Assembly: GCA_047404135.1 (NCBI GenBank) | Contig: JBDOIT010000006.1 | Location: 77,364 to 141,363 of the forward strand | Length of the DNA: 64,000 nucleotides | Origin: Rickettsiales bacterium | GTDB lineage: Bacteria; Pseudomonadota; Alphaproteobacteria; Rickettsiales; JABSSG01 | Direction: 5' to 3' | Shown: positions 1 through 10,265 of the stretch, piece after piece | Layout of the letters: each line of letters begins with the position of its first letter | Position numbering within the stretch: position 1 is the first letter of the stretch | Position numbers and translations under genes: made by a program | The notes under the pieces: generated by a model | What the model was told of the DNA's origin: nothing | What the model saw: the letters and a program-made list of their open reading frames with translations, nothing else | Database searches by the model: none

Positions 1-1459
1 TATCTGCATCTACTATACCAACCAAATCCAGAGCGGGAAAATGGTGACCTTTGCTAAGAATTTGAGTACCAATAATAATACGCACCTCTCTGTTCAGTAT
101 ACGATCTATAATCTCCCCACCTATGTCCTTTTCTAAGATATCCTTTGTAACAACCATGTATTTCTCCTCAGGCCATAATGCCTTCACCTCTTCAGCAATC
201 CTCTCAACACCCGGACCACAATTTATTAAAGAGTCTTTCTCTTCACACTCTCCGCAATCCTTTTGTATATATTTTTTATAACCACAATAATGGCACAATA
301 ATGAGTTGTTGGATTTGTGAGCAACCAAGAAAGTTGAACAATTATTGCAAGTCTCCTTATGCCCACAAGATTTACATAATGTTATAGGCGCATATCCTCT
401 TCTATTTAAGAAGAGCATCACCTGCTTATCTTTTGACAAATATTCTTCTATTTTTTTCTGCAGCTTATCAGATATCCATTTCCCTTTACTCAGCCCACTT
501 TTAGACATATCTACAATATTAATCTTTGGCAATGTAGCCCCACCATAACGAGAGTCTAATTTTACACGGTGATATTTTCCTTTTGATATATTATGTATAG
601 TTTCAATCGATGGAGTGGCAGAAGAAAGTACCACTGGTATTTTATTAAAATGCCCACAAGCAACTGCCATATCCCTTGCATTATAAACCATCCCATCCTC
701 CTGCTTATACGAAGTATCATGCTCTTCATCCACAACAATAAGCTTCAGATCTTTGAATGGGAGGAATAAACCACTACGGGCCCCAATTATAAACCTCGCT
801 TTTCCCGTCATGATGTAAGAGAGAAGTTCTTTTTTTACTTTCGGAGTAACCTCCGAATGCCATACATCTGGTTTAAACCCTATAATTTTCTCAAATCTTT
901 TTACAAATTGATTAGTCAAAGTAATTTCTGGCATCAATATCAGTACTTGGCCAGAATCATCTTCAAGTATCTTTGTTATTATCTCAGAATATGTCTCTGT
1001 TTTCCCAGACCCCGTGACCCCATCCAATACAAAAACCTCGTGCTTATTATTCATCTTAGATATCATGAATTCAGACGCAGCTTTTTGTGCGTCATTTAAT
1101 GCCGTAGGTTTTGTTTTGATTTTTTCTGGGTTCACACTTGCGGCTTCATCAATAGAAAAATCCACAGGAATCGCAAGCTTCAAAACATTTCCAATACTAG
1201 CCATTGTATAATAAGAAACAAATTTCATAAAATGGATCTGATCTACAGAAAAAGCAAAACCCTTTATCACATTAAGAACTTTCTTAAGCTTTCCCTTTAG
1301 AAGATCACTTTTATTTTCACCAAGAACCACTCCAAGAATCTCCTTGTTTCTAAAAGGAACAAGCACTAAACTCCCCACAGAACATTCTTGCTCGATATAG
1401 TAATCAAACACACTTTTCTTTTGAAGAGTTGGTATCGCAACTTGAATTTCTTTGTACAT
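1..1459 (-). CDS. priA: primosomal replication protein N' (PriA helicase), 3' end cut by window edge
   Basis: Absent from ORF track because it runs off the window. My minus-strand translation from ATG at 1459 gives MYKEIQVAIP..., Walker A LDGVTGSGKTE, DExH-type VVDEEHD, and Cys-rich zinc motif CKSCGHKETCNNCSTFLVAHK...LLCHYCGY. Confidence 0.85.
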   Translation of the reverse strand, partial: MYKEIQVAIPTLQKKSVFDYYIEQECSVGSLVLVPFRNKEILGVVLGENKSDLLKGKLKKVLNVIKGFAFSVDQIHFMKFVSYYTMASIGNVLKLAIPVDFSIDEAASVNPEKIKTKPTALNDAQKAASEFMISKMNNKHEVFVLDGVTGSGKTETYSEIITKILEDDSGQVLILMPEITLTNQFVKRFEKIIGFKPDVWHSEVTPKVKKELLSYIMTGKARFIIGARSGLFLPFKDLKLIVVDEEHDTSYKQEDGMVYNARDMAVACGHFNKIPVVLSSATPSIETIHNISKGKYHRVKLDSRYGGATLPKINIVDMSKSGLSKGKWISDKLQKKIEEYLSKDKQVMLFLNRRGYAPITLCKSCGHKETCNNCSTFLVAHKSNNSLLCHYCGYKKYIQKDCGECEEKDSLINCGPGVERIAEEVKALWPEEKYMVVTKDILEKDIGGEIIDRILNREVRIIIGTQILSKGHHFPALDLVGIVDAD

Positions 1460-1564
1460 ATGCTGTTATATCGTTGCTGTGATTAGGGAATTCATTTGAT
1501 TAATTTTCTTTTGCAATTATAATAACTAAGTTTTCATAGAAAGTTTACAATAAAATATCCCGAT

Positions 1565-3376
1565 ATGTGCGGAATTATAGGAATTAATAGTAAAAGTGAA
1601 GTTGTATCACAGACCTTAAAGGGTTTATTGAAACTTGAATATAGAGGTTACGACTCCGCAGGTATATCTTTTATTGGAGAAGACAAAGAAATTTCTACGA
1701 TGAAAGTATCAGGTAAAATCAAATTACTCCAAGAAATTACAGAACAAGAGAAAGCGCAAGGCACTCTAGCAATATCCCACACTAGATGGGCCACTCATGG
1801 TGAACCGTCAGATAGAAATGCGCATCCTCACTCCTCCGAAAAAATATCCATTGTGCATAATGGGATTATAGAAAATTCAGACAAAATAAAATTACAATTA
1901 TCCGACTCATATTTCAAATCAGAAACTGATAGCGAAGTAATATTGCATCTAATAGAGTATTTCTTAAATAAAGGACTCTCTCCTGTAAACGCCGTAAGAA
2001 AAGCAACCGCACAACTGGAAGGTTCTTATGCAATACTAGCTATATTTGCTGATCATCCAGACATTATGATAGCTACAAAGAAAAATTCACCATTAGTACT
2101 CGGACAAAGCGAAGATATCTCCTATGTAAGCTCAGACTCTTACTCTCTTTCTGGCTATGTAGAGTCGGTATCTTATTTAGAAGACCAAGATTTGTCCGTC
2201 CTTTCAAAAGGAAAAATAGATATTTTTGATATCAACGGAAACCCGGTAACAAGGGCTTCATCTGAGATTTGCACCAAGGTATCTTCCTACACAAAGGGGC
2301 ATTTTGAGCATTACATGCAGAAAGAAATCTTTGAACAGCCGATGACAAGCAAAAACACTTTAGACCATTACATCAAAAACAAAAAATTCACAGAGGCTAT
2401 TCCTACGCTCGATATAGAGAAAATAGAAAAGATATATATCATCGCGTGTGGAACATCTTATTTTGCAGGACTGATTGCAAAATCATGGATAGAAAACTAT
2501 TTGCATATTAGCACCGAAGTAGAAATAGCATCTGAGTTCCAATTCAACCCTGTGGTACAGAATAAAAACAATATCTCCATATTCATATCACAATCGGGGG
2601 AAACAGCTGATACAGTTAGATGTCTAAGAGAATTCAAAAATTACACGCAGAAATCCATCGGTATCATCAATTCAACGCAAAGCACTATAGCGCGAGAAAC
2701 ATCTATATCTCTCCCTCTTTGTGCTGGTCAAGAAATTGGGGTAGCATCAACAAAAGCATTCACCTCTCAGCTTCTTGTATTAGCATGCTTCACGTTAAAA
2801 GCGGCTTCCGAAAAAAACAGCTTACCTCAAGAGAAAGTAGAGCAATATATAAATAACCTACTTCTTTCCCCAGGAAAAATTGCAGAGTCACTCAGTCATG
2901 CTGAGATTTACAGAAACATTGCAAAAGATATCATAAAATCTAAAGGTATCATGTTTATCGGAAGAGGTCCATCTTATGCAATAGCATCTGAAGGAGCGTT
3001 AAAGCTCAAAGAACTATCTTATATACACGCTGAATCCTTCCCAGCAGGAGAATTAAAGCATGGCCCAATTGCTTTGATAGATGAAACAGTATCAGTAGTA
3101 GCTCTCGCACCAAATGATGGAACTATAAATAAAACATCTTCAAATATTCATTCAATCTTATCTAGAAAAGGAAATGTAATTCTTTTGAGCGACTCGAAAG
3201 AAAAAGGTTTAACAGAGAAATGTAAATTCCACCTTTGTATACCTTACTCAGATCCATTTTCTGCATCAATATTATACAATATACCACAACAGCTAATCTC
3301 TTACTACGCCGCTACCTTATCTGAAAACAATGTAGACCAACCAAGAAATTTAGCAAAATCTGTAACAGTCGAGTAG
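1565..3376 (+). CDS. glmS: glutamine--fructose-6-phosphate aminotransferase
   Basis: 603 aa. N-terminal MCGIIG (Ntn amidotransferase Cys), two SIS-type segments, typical C-terminus NLAKSVTVE. Confidence 0.95.
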   Translation: MCGIIGINSKSEVVSQTLKGLLKLEYRGYDSAGISFIGEDKEISTMKVSGKIKLLQEITEQEKAQGTLAISHTRWATHGEPSDRNAHPHSSEKISIVHNGIIENSDKIKLQLSDSYFKSETDSEVILHLIEYFLNKGLSPVNAVRKATAQLEGSYAILAIFADHPDIMIATKKNSPLVLGQSEDISYVSSDSYSLSGYVESVSYLEDQDLSVLSKGKIDIFDINGNPVTRASSEICTKVSSYTKGHFEHYMQKEIFEQPMTSKNTLDHYIKNKKFTEAIPTLDIEKIEKIYIIACGTSYFAGLIAKSWIENYLHISTEVEIASEFQFNPVVQNKNNISIFISQSGETADTVRCLREFKNYTQKSIGIINSTQSTIARETSISLPLCAGQEIGVASTKAFTSQLLVLACFTLKAASEKNSLPQEKVEQYINNLLLSPGKIAESLSHAEIYRNIAKDIIKSKGIMFIGRGPSYAIASEGALKLKELSYIHAESFPAGELKHGPIALIDETVSVVALAPNDGTINKTSSNIHSILSRKGNVILLSDSKEKGLTEKCKFHLCIPYSDPFSASILYNIPQQLISYYAATLSENNVDQPRNLAKSVTVE

Positions 3377-3377
3377 C

Positions 3378-3830
3378 TTAACTATAAAGCTCCTTCGCGC
3401 GATCTTCAAAGCATTTAAGCATCTTCTTCAGCGCTTCTTCAAAAATAGCTCCAATAAGCTTCTGCAAGAATTTTGATTGGAACTCAAAAGCAAGGTGGAA
3501 TGTGATTTTTGTCTGATCATGATCTGAATCATATTCAAATTTCCAGTTATTAACTAAAGTCTTGAATGGGCCTTCTATCGCTTCAACATCTACGCTGCAA
3601 ATTGACTTTTCTTCCTTGGGCTCTTCTAAAGAGACCTTAGAAACATATTTTTCCATCATCATAGAAAACTTGATCACCAACTCTGCGCGCAATTCAGAAG
3701 GACTAACCTCCTCTACACGGGACGTAGAACACCATGGTAAAAATTCTGGGTATTTTTCTATATCTTTCACCAATAGAAATAATTGCCTAGGAGAAAAATT
3801 AGAATAATAAATTTGTTGATGATCAATCAT
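3378..3830 (-). CDS. SRPBCC/START-fold protein (COQ10 / RatA-like ubiquinone-binding family)
   Basis: Track ORF is 3378..3884. Internal ATG at 3830 (MIDHQQIYYSNFSPRQLF...) gives the ~150 aa typical of this family. YPEFLPWC motif region. Confidence 0.7.
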   Translation of the reverse strand: MIDHQQIYYSNFSPRQLFLLVKDIEKYPEFLPWCSTSRVEEVSPSELRAELVIKFSMMMEKYVSKVSLEEPKEEKSICSVDVEAIEGPFKTLVNNWKFEYDSDHDQTKITFHLAFEFQSKFLQKLIGAIFEEALKKMLKCFEDRAKELYS

Positions 3831-4074
3831 AATATAGGGATTATATCTTAAAAAAACTCTATCTCTACAGAAAATATAAAACACAGAAGGTTAATAAGCG
3901 TTAACCAATGCTAGGAAACCGTTCGCAGCCCTTGATAATACAAGTCAACAGAAGACAGATAAGTTAACGAAGCTTAAGTTTTTGGTTGATTTTTATCAAT
4001 AGTCCACTATCATGTTCCTTCTATGATTAAGGGATTTAAGCATAGTGTCCTTCAAACATTAAGTAATTCGTATT

Positions 4075-4449
4075 ATGGCAAGAAGAAATTTAGATATAAA
4101 TATTATTGACTCGCATATCGGTAAAAAAATTTATGAACTCCGTTTAGCTAGCGGCCTTTCGAGACAAGAGCTTGGAGAGAAAATTGGCGTTACACACCAA
4201 CAATGCCAAAAATATGAAAAAGGAACAAATAGAGTTTCTGCAGGTAGATTAGTCTTAATTGCTAAAGTACTAAACAACCCTGTAGACTATTTCTTTGAAG
4301 GCTTAACTGAAACAGCTCAACCTCAGGAAAAAATACAAAATCAAAGATTATGCATAGAAGTTTCACGTAACTTCATGAAAATAAAAAATTCTGTATATCA
4401 GGACGCAGTTAGCACTCTTGTAAGAACCTTAGCAAAAGATACAGTCTAG
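4075..4449 (+). CDS. XRE-family helix-turn-helix transcriptional regulator
   Basis: 124 aa. HTH_3-like core IGKKIYELRLASGLSRQELGEKIGVTHQQCQKYEKGTNRVSAGRL. Confidence 0.8.
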   Translation: MARRNLDINIIDSHIGKKIYELRLASGLSRQELGEKIGVTHQQCQKYEKGTNRVSAGRLVLIAKVLNNPVDYFFEGLTETAQPQEKIQNQRLCIEVSRNFMKIKNSVYQDAVSTLVRTLAKDTV

Positions 4450-4862
4450 TAGAAAAAATAGTAATCCACTAATCTTCCTATCATCACTGTAGATATAAAT
4501 CTAAGGTAAGAAACCCTTAGGAACCCTGCTGCCAGAGTTAAAATAACTCCAAGTAAAGGAATGAAAGAAAATAATCCTAACAAAAACAATCTTTTGTTAG
4601 CAAATACCTTCAAGGATACAAATCTATCCGACTCCCCTGATTTATCTATATTATCTTTAGCATAATTCAATACCCCCCCCAAAAGATAGTTTAAGCTTGC
4701 TCCAATCGCATTACCAAACACTGCAACAATTACGACAATCTCATATCTAAAGCCATCCAAAATATTCATTGCCTTAAATACCATGGGTGTATTAGGTAGC
4801 AAGATAAGGGATGACATTATGGAGTCAAATAATAAAAACAAATATGATTCTTCTATAGACAT
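4446..4862 (-). CDS. small integral membrane protein, YqaA/DedA-like
   Basis: 138 aa, 3-4 hydrophobic helices. Size and layout resemble the YqaA (COG1238) family. Contains a G8 run at 4673-4680. Confidence 0.5.
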   Translation of the reverse strand: MSIEESYLFLLFDSIMSSLILLPNTPMVFKAMNILDGFRYEIVVIVAVFGNAIGASLNYLLGGVLNYAKDNIDKSGESDRFVSLKVFANKRLFLLGLFSFIPLLGVILTLAAGFLRVSYLRFISTVMIGRLVDYYFFY

Positions 4863-4869
4863 TATCTAG

Positions 4870-5415
4870 TTACCTAGTATACGAATACATATAAAAACCA
4901 TGAGATTTACCTTGTATAACACCAAAACTCTTCATCAATCCCTCTTCCTTATATCCGCATTTTTCTAAAACCCTTATTGAGCCTTTATTAAAATCTACAA
5001 CAGTTGCTTGGATTCTCTTAGCATTCATTTTTGAGAAAGCAAATTCTGTTAAACTTTTTACCACACTAGTCATAATACCACTGCCCCAATACTTGTAAGA
5101 TAAATCATAACTAATTTCTACTCTACGATGCTCCCTACTCCATGAATTAAAACCACATGTTCCTATAATTTGCCCGGATTTTTTATCTGCAATAGCCCAA
5201 TACACACTGTTCTTTTTCATAAAGAGATTACCCCAGTACATCAACTCTACCCCAGCATTTTCTACGCTTGATGGAATCTCAGAATCCGCGAGATATTTTA
5301 CAACCTCTGCACTAGAAATGTATTCATAAAAACTTTCAATATCTTTTGGATGAACCTCCCTAAGTATAACATCCCCTAATTCTATTCTTGGGAATTCTGC
5401 AAAAAAACTATCCAT
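4870..5415 (-). CDS. GNAT family N-acetyltransferase (RimJ/RimL-like)
   Basis: 181 aa. Acetyltransferase core ...GTCGFNSWSREHRRVEISYDL...WGSGIMTSVVKSLTEFAF.... Confidence 0.75.
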   Translation of the reverse strand: MDSFFAEFPRIELGDVILREVHPKDIESFYEYISSAEVVKYLADSEIPSSVENAGVELMYWGNLFMKKNSVYWAIADKKSGQIIGTCGFNSWSREHRRVEISYDLSYKYWGSGIMTSVVKSLTEFAFSKMNAKRIQATVVDFNKGSIRVLEKCGYKEEGLMKSFGVIQGKSHGFYMYSYTR

Positions 5416-6489
5416 CTATCTTAACTTCAAACTAGAAAGCCCTATTAATGCAAAAATTACCGAGATAATCCAAAATCTCACCACAATCTGAGATTCAGTC
5501 CATCCTTTTTTCTCAAAATGGTGATGAATAGGTGCCATCAAAAACAAGCGCTTACCGCCCGTAGACTTAAAGTAATATACCTGCAAAATCACAGACACAG
5601 CCTCCAAGACAAAGACTCCACCAACTATAGCTAATATAATTTCATGCTTCACTATTACTGCTATCACGCCTAAAGTGGCTCCCAACGAAAGGCTCCCTGT
5701 ATCTCCCATAAAAATTTTAGCAGGCTGCACATTATACCATAAGAATGCAAGTCCTGAACCAATAATGGAAGAGCATAAAACAGAAAGTTCTCCTGCTCCA
5801 GAAATAAAATAAATTTGCAGGTAGTTAGCAAATATATAGTTACCAACAAGATAGGATATTACAGTGAAACATGCAGTCACTATTATCACTGGAACTATAA
5901 CTAAACCATCCAGACCATCAGTAAGATTCACAGAATTAGATGCCCCAACTATCACTATTACTACAAAAAACACATATAGAAATTTTAAATCGACTACCAA
6001 GCTTTTAAAAAATGGAAACACAAGAGTAGTGCTGTATTCCGCAGGGATAAATTTCTGTATAGCAAAACAGGATATCACGCCAATAACTCCTTGCATCAAT
6101 AATTTCATCTTCCCAGGTACACCATCAGAAGAATGCCTTGTAACCTTTATATAGTCATCTGTAAATCCCAGTATGCTAGTCGAGGAAAGAACAAACAGAG
6201 TAATCCATATATAAGGGTTTCTTAGATCCGACCATAGAACCGTAGAGATTATAACGGGCAACAGAATAATAATTCCTCCCATTGTAGGGGTCCCCTTTTT
6301 ATTTTTGAGGTGACTTTCAGGACCATCTGATCTAATGGGCTGACCGTCAGGGTTAAGGGTTTTTAAATATTTTATTAGTTTCGGAGCCATCAAGAACCCC
6401 AAGAGCAATGCTGTAATCATTGCGCACCCACTCCTCACAGTTATATATCGCAAAACATTTATATGTTGCGCTAAATAATAATAAATCAT
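5416..6489 (-). CDS. mraY: phospho-N-acetylmuramoyl-pentapeptide transferase
   Basis: 357 aa polytopic. Motifs [38 protein letters not shown]. Confidence 0.95.
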   Translation of the reverse strand: MIYYYLAQHINVLRYITVRSGCAMITALLLGFLMAPKLIKYLKTLNPDGQPIRSDGPESHLKNKKGTPTMGGIIILLPVIISTVLWSDLRNPYIWITLFVLSSTSILGFTDDYIKVTRHSSDGVPGKMKLLMQGVIGVISCFAIQKFIPAEYSTTLVFPFFKSLVVDLKFLYVFFVVIVIVGASNSVNLTDGLDGLVIVPVIIVTACFTVISYLVGNYIFANYLQIYFISGAGELSVLCSSIIGSGLAFLWYNVQPAKIFMGDTGSLSLGATLGVIAVIVKHEIILAIVGGVFVLEAVSVILQVYYFKSTGGKRLFLMAPIHHHFEKKGWTESQIVVRFWIISVIFALIGLSSLKLR

Positions 6490-6588
6490 ATTCTATCTTC
6501 TACCAAAAATCTTTCTACGATAGAATTAGTATAGAAGCTTTTCTCAATTAGAACAACCGTAATAAAGCTTTGGAGACATTGGCTTCAT

Positions 6589-7995
6589 TTACCTCTTAAC
6601 TCCTTCCATAAAATTTACTAATTCAAAAATCTTTGTGCCTAAAGACCCTTTTACTAAAACACAATCACCATCACGAACTAAATCATTAATAGCCTCCACT
6701 ACCTCTACATAACTCTCAAAATGCGCTAATATCTTCTCCTTCGGCAACTGATCATACAAAGCTTTCATCAAAGGTCCAACTGTAATCACTTTATCGGCAC
6801 TATCAATCACATCACTGGATAATTCTTTATGAGCATCCATAGCAATATCACCAAGCTCATACATATCTGCTAATACTGCTATCTTTCTCTTAGGATTACC
6901 TTCTCCTCTAAACACAGACAATGCTGCCTTTACTGATATAGGGCTTGCGTTATAGCTCTCATCTATTAGCTCTATATTTTTACCATTGAATAATATTGAA
7001 CTCACCTTTCCTCTGCCTTTTATACTTCCAAAAGACCCCAAACCCAACGCAGCTTTCTTTAAATCTAATCCCATAGCCGCAACTGATGTGAGCGCAGATA
7101 CAGAATTCACAGCATTATGCTTTCCGTTAGCATTCATTCTATAACTAATATCTTGAGATAGTATGTTGGCTTCTATCTTTGAAACGCCATCTTCCCTCTT
7201 GAATGACTTCATTTGTGAATCACAACCATTTCTTTCTCCGAAAGATTTGATGTTTTCAATTCCTGCCTTTTGCGCTTCTTCTTTCAAAAAACCATAATAT
7301 TCATTGTCTGCATTCAGAATTACAACTCCATCCTTTTTCGTACCTAAGAATATCTCTGATTTTGCCCTTGCTATATCTTTTACTGAATCAAAATTCTCTG
7401 CATGACATGGAGCAATAGTAGTAATAATTGAAATATCTGGACGTACTATTTTTGCCAGCGCTGCAATTTCTCCTGCATAACTCATTCCTAATTCAAAGAT
7501 TCCATATTCTGCATTCAGAGGCATAGATGCAATACTTAGTGGACAACTTACCTGGCTGTTATAGTTCCCCACACTGGAGTATGTTTTTCCTAAAGATTCA
7601 AATACTAGATTGAGCTGCCCTTTTGTACTGGTTTTTCCTACGCTACCAGTAACGGCTATAATTTTTGCTGTGCTTCTTGATCTATTATAAACAGCTAAGT
7701 CTTTGATAGCCTTTAAGCTATCCTTAACTAAAATCAACTTCTCTTTTATATTTTCACAACCCTTCGGGATTTCTTCAACTATCGCAGCAGATACCTTGTC
7801 TACTATACCCGCAACGTAATCATGCCCATTTACCCTATCTCCCTTCAGAGCAATAAAGATATCACCTTCCTTTGATTCTCTTGAATCTATACACAAAGAT
7901 CCTGCTTGAAAATTTCCAATAATTTCACAAGATGTTGCTAATTTCACAGATACTTCATCCCATATTATGGGGTATTTTTTTTTTTTGGTTGCCAC
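6589..7995 (-). CDS. murF: UDP-N-acetylmuramoyl-tripeptide--D-alanyl-D-alanine ligase
   Basis: 468 aa. Mur ligase P-loop VTGSVGKTSTK. Directly upstream of mraY as in dcw clusters. GTG start at 7995. A12 run in codons 4-7. Confidence 0.9.
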   Translation of the reverse strand: MATKKKKYPIIWDEVSVKLATSCEIIGNFQAGSLCIDSRESKEGDIFIALKGDRVNGHDYVAGIVDKVSAAIVEEIPKGCENIKEKLILVKDSLKAIKDLAVYNRSRSTAKIIAVTGSVGKTSTKGQLNLVFESLGKTYSSVGNYNSQVSCPLSIASMPLNAEYGIFELGMSYAGEIAALAKIVRPDISIITTIAPCHAENFDSVKDIARAKSEIFLGTKKDGVVILNADNEYYGFLKEEAQKAGIENIKSFGERNGCDSQMKSFKREDGVSKIEANILSQDISYRMNANGKHNAVNSVSALTSVAAMGLDLKKAALGLGSFGSIKGRGKVSSILFNGKNIELIDESYNASPISVKAALSVFRGEGNPKRKIAVLADMYELGDIAMDAHKELSSDVIDSADKVITVGPLMKALYDQLPKEKILAHFESYVEVVEAINDLVRDGDCVLVKGSLGTKIFELVNFMEGVKR

Positions 7996-8081
7996 AATAA
8001 TTTAAAGATTCTACGATTGATTTTACTATCTTAAATTATAGAGGTTTTAGATAGCAAAAAGAATAAAAATCTTTAGGGTAT

Positions 8082-9005
8082 ATGTACAGATTTATCATTG
8101 ATAAAATAAAAAAACACACTACTTCATCTCTATTAGATAATCTCAATGAGCGCTTACACAACCATCCAGAGGATGTAAACGCACTAAACAACAGGGCGAT
8201 TTTAAATATAGATCTAAAAAAATACCAACGTGCTATAGATGATTTAAATAAAGCAATCTACTTAAATGATAAGTTCCATGCTCCGCTTCATTTCATAAGC
8301 TCTGCTATTCATCTTTTTAAAGGGTATGTATATCTAAAAATGAAAAATAATGATTGTGCAAATGAAGAGTTTAAAGAAGCAATGTTTCAGGATCACGACA
8401 ATAAGACTCTTGAAGAAAGATACCTAAGAAAAGTATTTGCAGAGCATTTAACCGAGGATTCAAAAAAGGTAATTTCAAAACTTAAAACTAAAAAACACCT
8501 TGGAGATGATATCAATTATTATCTGGCTATACATTATCTATTCGATGAGAAATATAAGGAGTCAGAGAACTTGCTATCTAAACTTTCAAAAAATGATCCA
8601 CATAATACCTATATCTCACTACTGATCGGGGTGAACCAATTCTATCAAGGTCTGATGGATGAATCTCTGTCCTCTCTAAAAAATGCTGAAAGTGTATTGA
8701 AAAAAACACATCATGATTATCATGTAAATTCTTCAATACAATATTACAATAGGGCATATGTATATTATAAAATGTACTACCCAGAGCTAGCTTGCAATGA
8801 TCTGAATAAATCCCTAGATCTACACAATAAGAATATTGATGCCTTGTTCTTAAGATCTGAAATATTCATTGAAAAAGGAGATAAAGATTCTGCTAAAAAA
8901 GATATGGAAATGATTCTACATTACGGAAGAAGGGTTAATGAGGCGCATAAAATGCTAAAGAAAATAGAGAAACTTACTTTTTTAGTCTCCCCAACACGGA
9001 ATTAG
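8082..9005 (+). CDS. tetratricopeptide (TPR) repeat protein
   Basis: 307 aa. Repeated ~34-aa helical units with the A/Y/L pattern (e.g. NNRAILNIDLKKYQRAIDDLNKAIYLND, YNRAYVYYKMYYPELACNDLNKSLDL). Confidence 0.6.
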   Translation: MYRFIIDKIKKHTTSSLLDNLNERLHNHPEDVNALNNRAILNIDLKKYQRAIDDLNKAIYLNDKFHAPLHFISSAIHLFKGYVYLKMKNNDCANEEFKEAMFQDHDNKTLEERYLRKVFAEHLTEDSKKVISKLKTKKHLGDDINYYLAIHYLFDEKYKESENLLSKLSKNDPHNTYISLLIGVNQFYQGLMDESLSSLKNAESVLKKTHHDYHVNSSIQYYNRAYVYYKMYYPELACNDLNKSLDLHNKNIDALFLRSEIFIEKGDKDSAKKDMEMILHYGRRVNEAHKMLKKIEKLTFLVSPTRN

Positions 9006-9690
9006 AAAATATTAATTCTCCTGCATTCTCTTCAACAGATCCACCTGCTTCTCTTACAATAAGCATTCCAGGGGCTACCTCAGAATATCCAGATTTTACT
9101 TTAGCAAAATCTAGCCTACCACATGCAACATATGCACAAGCCATCAAGTCTGATCCAAAATTTATTGAATCCACACCATCAACCTCACCAACTCCTAGCA
9201 AGGAACTCTTAGCTTTTCTTGCCGATACTCTAACCCTAGTAACGCCAGAACCCTCGTGCCATGCTCCCTGACCTTTCTCTGCAAAGAATTGTTCATTAGT
9301 TGCAGGAAGATATATAAATCCAGATATAATCTCAGTTTTACCGTATCTTTTTTCTTCTACAGCTATTCCTATGGCAAATGCAGGAATTGCGTGGGAGAAA
9401 TTTTTTGAACCATCTAATATATTTACAACCCATCTTTCTTCGTTCTCAGAAGTAGATTCTTTATTATATTCATAAGCCGTAAAACCAAACTCTGGTCTTG
9501 CTTTTTCTAGTTCATAAATCAAAGTATCTTTGATTTTATCAAATGCACGGTTTACAAAAACATCATTTGGTTTTTGAGAAGATTGCAAAGATTTAAGCTC
9601 ATTAAAGTCACGTGACAACCTCCTAGCAGCTTTTCCAGTCGCACCTTTCATCACTCTAATGAGGGAAGATAATTCAGACATTATTTGCAC
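8974..9690 (-). CDS. suhB: inositol monophosphatase (SuhB) family protein with degenerate catalytic motifs
   Basis: 238 aa. Alignable by eye to SuhB (WVVNILDGSKNF vs WVIDPLDGTTNF, MLIVREAGG vs ELLVREAGG), but the DP..D and WD motifs are altered. Confidence 0.7.
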   Translation of the reverse strand: MQIMSELSSLIRVMKGATGKAARRLSRDFNELKSLQSSQKPNDVFVNRAFDKIKDTLIYELEKARPEFGFTAYEYNKESTSENEERWVVNILDGSKNFSHAIPAFAIGIAVEEKRYGKTEIISGFIYLPATNEQFFAEKGQGAWHEGSGVTRVRVSARKAKSSLLGVGEVDGVDSINFGSDLMACAYVACGRLDFAKVKSGYSEVAPGMLIVREAGGSVEENAGELIFSNSVLGRLKK

Positions 9691-10247
9691 CTCTCAACAT
9701 AAGTATCATCTTCTGTCTTCACGACAACCTTTGTGCCTGGATCAACGAATGGCGGAACCATAATACGCATTCCATTTTCTAATATAGCAGGTTTGTAGGA
9801 TGAGGCCGCAGTCTGACCCTTCACTACCGGCTCCGTTTCACTAACAACTAAATTTGCAGTAGATGGCAACTCAATCCTGATAGGCGTAGCTTCATGAAAC
9901 TCTACTGTAACTAACATCTCCTCTTGAAGATACAAAGCTTTGTTGCCAACCATTTCCTTATCAATTTGTATTTGCTCAAAATTCTCTGTATCCATCAAAT
10001 GTATATAATCATCATCCCTGTAAAGGAACTGATGTTGCTTTTGATCTAGCCTTACCTTCTCCACATCTTCACTGGAGCGAAATCTTTCATTTACTTTTGT
10101 TCCAGTTCTTATTTCTTTCATAGAGATCTGAACATAGGCCCCTCCTTTCCCGGGCATGGTATGCTCTGGGGGCTTTATAACAACATATAATTTGTTGTTA
10201 CGCTCCAACACATTCCCCATCCTAATTGCATTCGCATTAATTTTCAT
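9681..10247 (-). CDS. efp: translation elongation factor P
   Basis: 188 aa. PGKGGAYVQ loop, three OB/KOW-like segments, typical length. Confidence 0.93.
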   Translation of the reverse strand: MKINANAIRMGNVLERNNKLYVVIKPPEHTMPGKGGAYVQISMKEIRTGTKVNERFRSSEDVEKVRLDQKQHQFLYRDDDYIHLMDTENFEQIQIDKEMVGNKALYLQEEMLVTVEFHEATPIRIELPSTANLVVSETEPVVKGQTAASSYKPAILENGMRIMVPPFVDPGTKVVVKTEDDTYVERCK

Positions 10248-10265
10248 ATCTCAACTTATTTTTAG

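Noticed and set aside
1460-1564. Possible glmS ribozyme or riboswitch upstream of glmS
   Set aside because: The leader is only ~100 nt of AT-rich sequence with no pseudoknot-capable GC segments. The glmS ribozyme is a Gram-positive feature.
3891-3977. CtrA-box-like motifs TTAA-N-TTAA(C) at 3891-3905 and 3964-3977 upstream of the XRE regulator
   Set aside because: Both have 6-nt spacers, whereas the established CtrA box is TTAA-N7-TTAAC. TTAA is very frequent in AT-rich DNA.
3378-4449. RatA-like toxin plus XRE antitoxin as a type II toxin-antitoxin pair
   Set aside because: The genes are divergent and separated by ~240 bp rather than forming an operon. The SRPBCC protein looks like the conserved COQ10/ubiquinone-binding housekeeping type. 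The pairing is probably fortuitous.
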